Source of the DNA: Azolla caroliniana | Taxonomy: Eukaryota > Plantae > Polypodiophyta | Assembly (NCBI GenBank): GCA_043228905.1 | Contig: JBHGNT010000008.1 | Coordinates: 4,960,001 to 5,024,000, forward strand | DNA length: 64,000 nucleotides | Reading direction: 5' to 3' | Shown here: piece after piece, positions 56,580 through 64,000 of the stretch | How positions within the stretch are numbered: the first letter of the stretch is position 1 | Layout of the letters: every line of letters begins with the position of its first letter | Notes under the pieces: generated by a model | The model's database searches: none | Told to the model about the DNA's origin: nothing | The model's input: only the letters and a program-made list of their open reading frames with translations | Made by a program: the position numbers and the translations under genes

Positions 56580-59500
56580 CTATTGGTCCTTTCTCTGGTG
56601 GCCATGATGGAAGGAGTTTGTGGGGGTGCTAAGTCCACAAGACATGGTCATGGGCAGGTTATTAATGCTGGCGTCGGGGGACACAAGTTGCGCAATGGCC
56701 GGCCCGGGATTCGCGTCGGACATGGACATGGCCATCGTGGTGTTCGTGGTCATGGTCGTGGTCGTGGGCATAGGGGCGGTCGGTTTCACACCAGGCTGCC
56801 CATTCTGGAGGATGGAAGTGATGGCAGTGGCCAGAGCTGTAGCAAAGTTGGGGTCTGAAGTCAGGGCAGCCACACTCTGCATTAGGTTAGGGTTAGGGCT
56901 AGGGTTATTAGGGTTAGGGTTAGGGTTATTAGGGTTATTAGGGTTATTAGGGTTAGGGTTGAGACGAGGTAGAATGTGGCTGATGAGGTCTTGGTGGGTT
57001 AGAGGGGCCATGACTTGAGAGAAAGGGAATTTGTGTGCAAATTGAGGCTGGAAATTGGGGAGTAATCCATGTGGCAGCATGTGATTATTGGGGCCGGCCA
57101 TGGTGTTGAGCTGCTGTGTCAAGCCCAGCAGCTGGTGGCCTACCCCTCCTCCTCCATTATTGAGAGTGGCACCATTGAGATTGAGACTGTACTGGTGTGG
57201 AGGAGCTCCGAAATTAGGGTTAGGGTTTGTGAGGTCAAGGATGATGGTGGGGAATGGGGCGGATGCGGAGATGCATGCGGTGGTGGCGGCCATGGCGGCC
57301 CCCGGCGGGAGAGACCCCAGAAAATTGGCCATGGCGGTGGGGCCATTAGGGCCGTGGTGCTGCGGCGGCAATTGCCCGCCCATTAGCAGTTGGCCGTCCA
57401 TCAGATTTCCGGCTGAGGTTGTGGAGCCGGCCATTAGCATGGATGCCGCGGCCGCGGTCGTGGACGCCATCGCCGTGGCCGCCGGTGGTAATGCATGGCT
57501 ATGGATCCCTTCGTATGTCGTTATCAGTATCGATTTGTCGTCCGCACACCTCTGCACCTGTCCAAAATGCCATCCATTGTTTTTATTTAGTTTTTAATAG
57601 GATGCCTGTTTTTATTTAGTTTTTAATAGGATGCACCTCGCTATGAATTCTAGTAGGATGCCTGTATATGATAGGTATGATGATCTAATCTCAATGTATG
57701 ATGATATGAATTACATGGATTGGCATGTGGGAAAGGACCCATACATTATTGCCTGATGATTTAGGGTTTAGAGTTTAGGGTTAGGGTTTATGATGATAAT
57801 GTAGAGCAATATAGAGTCATGCTAGAGTTTAGAGTTTAGGGTTTCATGATGATAATGTAGAGCCATATAGAGTCATGCTAGAGTTTAGGGTTTAGGGTTT
57901 ATGATGATAATGTAGAGCCATATAGAATCATGCTAGAGTTTAGGGTTTAGGGTTTATGATGATAATGTGGAGCCATATTGAGTCATGCTAGAGTTTAGGG
58001 TTTTATGATGATAATGTGGAGCCATATTGAGTCATGCAGCTGCATTTTTCTCATAATTCCTTGCATTCATGGCCTCATATCATCTATTTATATGCCCCTT
58101 CACATACATAATTTGCATTCGTGAATCAGTAGAGTAGAAACTTATCATACTGATAATTATGATTAAGGATATTGATTAAGAGCTAATTACCTGCTTACGA
58201 ACAGGGCAGCCGGCCGCCATGGTGCAACGATAATATGCTCGAGGACACGGATTTCCTTTGGCCATTTTTTGCCCATACTTCCTCCATTGGCACCCATCAT
58301 TCAGCTGCAAATTAAAAGTTTGCGAGCTTCATTTTAAGGCATGATTAAGGCCAAATGTGATGCTAATGAGGATCTTGTTAAGGTAAACATTTGGATTATT
58401 GCTATAAGCATGATTCTGATTTCATTTAGGAGAAATAATTACCATATCCTTAGAACTTTTTTTCTGAATTGATAATTATTACCATATCCTTAAAATATTT
58501 TTCTGAATTGATAATTATTACCATATCCTTAAAACTTTTTCTGAATTAATAATTACCATATCCTTAAAACTATTTTTCTCAATTGATAATTAACCATATC
58601 CATAAAACGTTTTTTCTGAATTGATAATTACCATATCCTTAAAACTTTTTTTCTGAATTGATAATTAACCATATCCATAAAATATTTTTTCTTAATTGAT
58701 AATTAACCAATCCATAAAAACCTTTTTCTGAATTGATAATTACCATGGGAGCCTCGCATCGGGCGCGAACCGAGACACGCGCTTTGCGGACGATATTATT
58801 CGATTCGTTGTCTGCAGATCCAGGGCGATTTAATGATGCATTCGGGACGGGTGTAGCAGGCGACGATTTATTGTCATTTCCATTGTTTTCCGATTGATTC
58901 GAAGCTAAATTAATTCCATCTGCAGACAATGCAGTTTCTGACAGATTATCGTCCACATCGGCAGGCATGGTGACAATACTACGATTCGTTGTTATTTCGT
59001 CCGATTTCGCCTTCTTTAAGGGCGAGCTCTCAATGTCTAATAATTCCTGCGGATTGGTATTCCGTTTGCGGGTGTATTCGACATTAATCTCCGAGCTCTT
59101 CTCCATAGCTACTGCAGGATTTGATTGTGCTGCCCCAGCTGCGCGCTCTGTATTAGTAGTAGCTTTATGATGAATCATGCCCTTGCTCTGACCCACCCCA
59201 GATTTAATCTCCTGTGGTCTGCCCGACTGCATTTTATATTATAAATCAATGCAAGTTAGTCACAATTAGGAACAATCAGTCATCTGACTAATGATTATTA
59301 GTAATTGATCCATACTGCAGATTGATTGAGCAAATGCTAATTGAATTTTCTTAATAGCAAATCACTAGATTATCATTTAATGATTATTAATAATTAATCC
59401 ATACAGCAGATTGATTGATCAAATGTGCTAATTGAATTTTTTTAATGCAAATCACTAGATTACCATTAATGATTATTAATAATTGGTCTATACTGCAGAT

Positions 59501-62072
59501 TGATTGATCAAATGTGCTAATTGATTTTTTTTTAATACGAATCACTAGATTATCATTAATGAAATTATTAATAATTGTTCTATACAGCAGATTGATTGAT
59601 CAAATGTGGTAATTGAAATTTTAAATAACAAATCACTAGATTATCATTAATTAGCCACAGAGTGAGAAGATGATTAGATGGGTCTAATGAATGATCTTTC
59701 TTACCGATGATAAGTTCAAGGATGTGATGGTCGAACAATCCATCGGTGTAACTTCAGCTTTGATTGCAGCTGACTGTAGCTTCTGTTGATTTAATACGCT
59801 CATCAAATGCGTCTGTAATCGCTTGTATTCGCTATTAACACTCGCTAGCATATTCTTCAGCTTCTCGTTCTCATCGCTAATTCTCGTCAATTCATGTCGG
59901 AGGGTACCCATCTATTGTGATTCAAGAAATCATGCATTAAGTACTGATCATGTGACAAATCATTTCCCAAATTCTCCGATTAGGAGTAGGATTAATTTGT
60001 GATTAAGGTTAAGTGGTATTGTAACATAATCAAAGATTAAGGATAACGATTAAGGTTAAGTGGTATTGTAAAAAATTAGTACCTGATTAGTCGTAGTCTC
60101 CTTCACGTTAAGGGAATTAATCACCTTCGCATAATTAGTTTCACCATTAGAACCTCCATAATTCCCCTGAAATTTATCCAATCATTCAGAGGCATTAGCG
60201 GATCGAAACAGATATTTCTGGCATTTTGTTGAGTCAGAAGTGCAAAACAGTCCAATCTGTAGGAGTAAATCGCCAATTTTGTCGATTTAATCATCTAACC
60301 TAATCTCCGACAAATTAACTACTTGCAATCAACATTGTATAAGATTATGACTTGATTGGACGCACCCACCCCAGATATATAAACTTTCCATCAATTAGCA
60401 CATCCAATTATAGGCAATTACTAATTCTATATGACTAGAAAGCTCGGTGATGATTTATTAATGATCTGAGTAGATTATTAGGTAATTATGTGACTAGTGG
60501 AGGAATAATGAAGAACATGAGATTGGGAGAAGCGGAGCAGAGAGTTAATGAATGGTGATCAGTGATTGAATGAGAGCGTCTAATGATGAGTGGTTGATTA
60601 ACGCTCCGAGTATGATGAGTGATTGATTGATCCGAATAGCTAGATCAGCGGCTAATGATGGTTGATGAATGATCTCGGAAACTAGATTAGTATCTAGGGT
60701 GGGTGATTAGGGACGAGAGCAGTGACTAATGATGGGTGATTAATGATTGTTTTGATTGATAATCAGGCGAGCGATTAGCAACTGATCAAGAGCATTCTGA
60801 TGATGCTTAGGGCGGAATATATTGATTAGTGAGGAGATCAACTAACCAGTGCTTAATGATTGTTTGATTGATAATCAGGCGAGCAATTAGCGACTGATCA
60901 AGAGCGTTCTGATGATAACTAGGGCGGAACATATTGATTAGTGACGAGGATCAACTAGGTCAGTGACTAATAATGGGCGACTAATGATTGTTTTGATTGA
61001 AGATCAGGCGAACAATTAGCAACTGATCAAGTGATGATTAGGGCGGAATATATTGATTAGTGACGAGATCAACTAGGACAGTAACTAATGATTGTTTTGA
61101 TTGAAGATCAGGCGAGCAATTAGCAACTGATCCAGTGATGATTAGGGGCGGAATATATTGATTAGTGACGAGATCAACTAGGTCAGTAACTAATGATTGT
61201 TCTGATTTGAAAATCAGGCGAACAATTAGCAACTGATCAAGTGACGATTAGGGCGGAATACTACAGATTAGGGACGAGAACAACTAGATCAGCGACGAAT
61301 GATTGTTTTCATTGAAAATCAGGCGAACAATTAGCAACTGATCAAGTGACGATTAGGGCGGAATATAGTGATTAATGACGAGATCAAGTAGGCCAACAAT
61401 TAGCAACTGATCAAGCGAAGATTAGGGCGGAATACTACTGATTAGTGACGAGATCAAGTAGATCAGCGACAAATGATGGGTGGCTAATGATGGGTTTGGA
61501 TTGATAATCAGGCGAAGGATTTAGCAAACGAATCAAGAACGTTGTAATGATGACATATTTTTATTTTATTTTATTTTATTTTATTTTATTTTATTTTATT
61601 TTATTTTATTTACCAGAAGGTTCTCGGCGGCGGCGGCGGCGTGAGAGGGGCCTGGCTTCTTGGCGGCGGGGAGGGTGGAGAGGTAATCGCGGGTGGAGAT
61701 GGACGGCGTGGATGGCACTTCGGCCGGCGGCGGATGGACGGCGGAGATGGCGCCACGCGGCGGCGGCGGATCGGCGGCGGACGCTTCGCCTCCTCCTGGT
61801 TTTCCCGCGTCTTCCTCTTCTTCTTCTTTTTCTTTTTCTGCTTCTTCTTCTTCTTCTTCGTGATCGAAGCGGAGGGAGAGATCGAAGGAGGGGCCGCCGC
61901 CGCTGCCCTTGCCCTTCTGGCCGTGACGTGGACTGGACATCCTGACCTGGCCCTGACGTGGACGCGCCTGGGTCCTGCCACGTGGACTGGGCGGCTCCAT
62001 CTGCAGCTCCAGATCGCCTAGCCTCCTCGGCGGCTTGGGCGTGACGTGGACGGTACGCCTCCAGACGTCCAT
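56580..62072 (-). CDS. WRKY: Group IIb WRKY transcription factor; complement join(62072..61614,60166..60083,59911..59705,59226..58744,58304..58191,57557..56580)
   Basis: Coiled coil [19 protein letters not shown]; [15 protein letters not shown]|[38 protein letters not shown]|[21 protein letters not shown] with the V-type intron; IIb motifs [47 protein letters not shown]. Exons 1-2 and the start codon are less certain. Confidence 0.93.
57755..58040. repeat. ~55-bp tandem repeat with TTTAGGG motifs in the last WRKY intron
   Basis: GTTTAGGGTTTATGATGATAATGTAGAGCCATATAGAGTCATGCTAGA about 5 times. Confidence 0.9.
58432..58746. repeat. ~37-40-bp tandem repeat (about 8 copies) starting at the WRKY exon 4 donor
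   Basis: TTACCATATCCTTAAAAC..TTTTTCTGAATTGATAA repeated. Confidence 0.9.
59285..59652. repeat. ~90-bp tandem repeat (4 copies) in WRKY intron 3
   Basis: CAGATTGATTGATCAAATGTGCTAATTGA..AAATCACTAGATTATCATTAAT repeated. Confidence 0.85.
60690..61535. repeat. ~100-120-bp tandem repeat (about 8 copies) in WRKY intron 1, followed by (TTTTA)n
   Basis: CAGGCGAACAATTAGCAACTGATCAAGTGA.GATTAGGGCGGAATA repeated. Confidence 0.9.
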
Positions 62073-62139
62073 ACACTCCCCACCTAAATTTCTTTTTTTT
62101 TTAGGGTTTCTCCTCTTTCCGACGCCCTTTTGCAGTACC

Positions 62140-62995
62140 GAAGTTAGGGTTAGGGTTAGGGTTAGGGTTAGGGTGGGATTTCTTTTTGTTTGTTTTTTTT
62201 TGCAGTGCCGAAGTTAGAGTTAGGGTTAGGGTTAAAGTCTTCGAGACTAATTTCCCCCCCCCCCCCCCCGCCCTCCCCCCCTTTTTTATAGATAGAGACA
62301 GAGAGATTGATTTCCTTTGCTGAGAGAGTATTTCATAAGCAGAAATAATAGGGTTAGGAATCAAATCTTCCTTCAGAGAGATAGAGACTGCAGACACAGA
62401 TTTGATTCCTGCACGAATGCATCATTTAGGGGGTCCTGATTACACACTTGGAGAGAGGATCAGGTTTTGGGGGATAAATCAACGCGTGCAAAGAGGAGAC
62501 AAAGAATTAGGGTTACTGTTTAGCGGTTGGAACAGGGAGGAGGGAGGTTTCTGAACAGGTGTTAAACCGATTTAAGGTTCTATGAAATGGTTTTAGTGTG
62601 TTCTCTTTACGACAAAGAGAGGATAAGTTAGGATTAGGGTTGCAGCAACAAGAGAGAGTTAGGATTAGGGTTAGGGTTAGGGTTTTCTCTTTCTCTCTTT
62701 TTTTTTTGGTGGATGGACAGAAGTTTAGAGCTTCTTTTCCTTTCTTTCTTTTTTTTCCCTGAGTTTGTTGTGCATGGATTTTTAACACTAGGGCCAAAAA
62801 AGTCAACGCACCATTTTTATTTTTTTATTTTTTTTGCATTACCAAATTTTCAACGCAAGATTATTTCATTTGACTTTTTCAACAGTTGCTCTTTTTCATT
62901 TCGTACCATGTACCTCTTTCTACGAAGGGGGGGGGGGGGGGGGCGGAAGTCATCATTTTTCTTCTCTAACTCTAACCCTAACCCTAACCCTAACG
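62140..62995. promoter_or_regulatory. Clusters of TTAGGG/CCCTAA hexamers plus W-box cores upstream of WRKY
   Basis: (GTTAGG)n at 62142-62173, 62213-62233, 62657-62684; (CTAACC)n at ~62972-62993; AGTCAA at ~62801 and TTGACT at ~62870. Confidence 0.5.
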
Positions 62996-63620
62996 CTTGC
63001 TCTTTTTAATTTCGTGTTCGGTGGCCGGGGCCCAAGGGCCCAGAAGGCTGTGGCACCCCTCGTAAGCTTCCACCTGACCCCCTCGTGTTCCCTCAGCCTC
63101 CCTCCTCCTGTTTCCCACCTGGACAACACGTGGATCCCATGGGGAACCTTGTCCTACCCAGACTACATGTGCTACATGTGGAGCCATCTATCCCGCCCAC
63201 CTTCTCACGTGGATCCCTTAGAAACCCGAATATCCCTCCTCTTCAGCAGTAACACTTGAAGAATTCCTTCATGGTTGATTGGGACTGTAGCTGACCATAC
63301 ACTTGTAATAGGACTGTTAGGGATATTTTCTTACGGAGCTTATTCGAGGCTTGGATCATCTCTCTAAGGATGGATATATCTAGTTGGTAATTACTGGTCG
63401 GTGATTTTTTTTGTCTAATATACATGGATGGGCAACTCTCACATACAGGTGACACCCAAAATCATGGACGGACGCTTGAACACATGTAATAATAGCCCCA
63501 CTACCTCTTATCTTTCAAAACACACGCGACCTCTACAAATTAGCTACATGCATGCATTCAACTATCAGAAACTACATCTTCTTATGGTGGCATTGACATA
63601 CTCGGAAATCCTAGGCTACC

Positions 63621-64000
63621 TGTTGAGCGGCAACCTCAACCGGATCCGGATCGACTGAATAAGCCTGAGCCGGATCGGCATCCAGAAGGGTGAGCCGGTG
63701 AACTGGGGAGCCGGTTAACAGGATCAAGTAGTAACCGGAAGCCAAGTAGCAGCTAGTCTACTAGGGAGTTAATATCTCGTAGTTAGTGTCAAACGCTCAT
63801 GTGAGCATTGAAGTACATCGTACTTCTGTCAGTCCAGATGGACTTGTATAATAGTGTTCACTGAACACATACGATGTACAAACTGAGTAGTCTTTTTTTA
63901 ATTGAGTTTCTGTGTGCTCTCTCTCTGTCTCTCCCGCGTATTGTTAAGCTCTCCATTAAACCTGTTTTTTGTTTTCTATTGCTTCCGCACGCTATTTGTT
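63621..64000 (+). mobile_element. Probable LTR (Copia-like, CCGG-rich) running to the window end
   Basis: Starts TGTTGAG; CCGG-rich U3-like part; TATAAT near 63848; CT-rich stretch and GCTTCCGC near the end. Confidence 0.55.

Noticed and set aside
60167-60256. Longer WRKY exon 2 using the acceptor at 60257
   Set aside because: Introduces an in-frame TGA; the acceptor at 60167 is preferred.
61547-62076. Arg-rich and Lys-rich alternative-frame ORFs
   Set aside because: Other frames of the GC-rich WRKY exon 1.

Overview
Eukaryotic nuclear DNA from a land plant, most likely a non-seed lineage (inferred from Tcn1-like chromoviruses and a tRNA-Trp-primed Gypsy). Three intron-containing host genes are present: an uncharacterised membrane protein with a mitochondrial-type presequence (+, 5.6-7.9 kb), an amino acid permease of the AAP family (-, 12.1-15.8 kb, 7 coding exons) and a group IIb WRKY transcription factor (-, 56.6-62.1 kb, 6 exons). 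Between about 18 and 54 kb lies a nested retrotransposon island: an intact, very young Copia element, several Gypsy elements, solo LTRs and a MULE remnant. The main unexplained signals are (1) a tRNA-like Pol III A-box/B-box module lying antisense near the U3 end of LTRs from at least five different Gypsy families, (2) a non-coding element bounded by ~480-bp direct repeats that each carry a minimal type-I hammerhead ribozyme motif of the Penelope/retrozyme kind, (3) Tf1-like self-priming PBSs whose primer sequence is also one arm of a hairpin at the U3/R border, and (4) host introns that each hold a private minisatellite, some built from splice-site sequence. Coordinates were read by eye and no alignment or database search was run.
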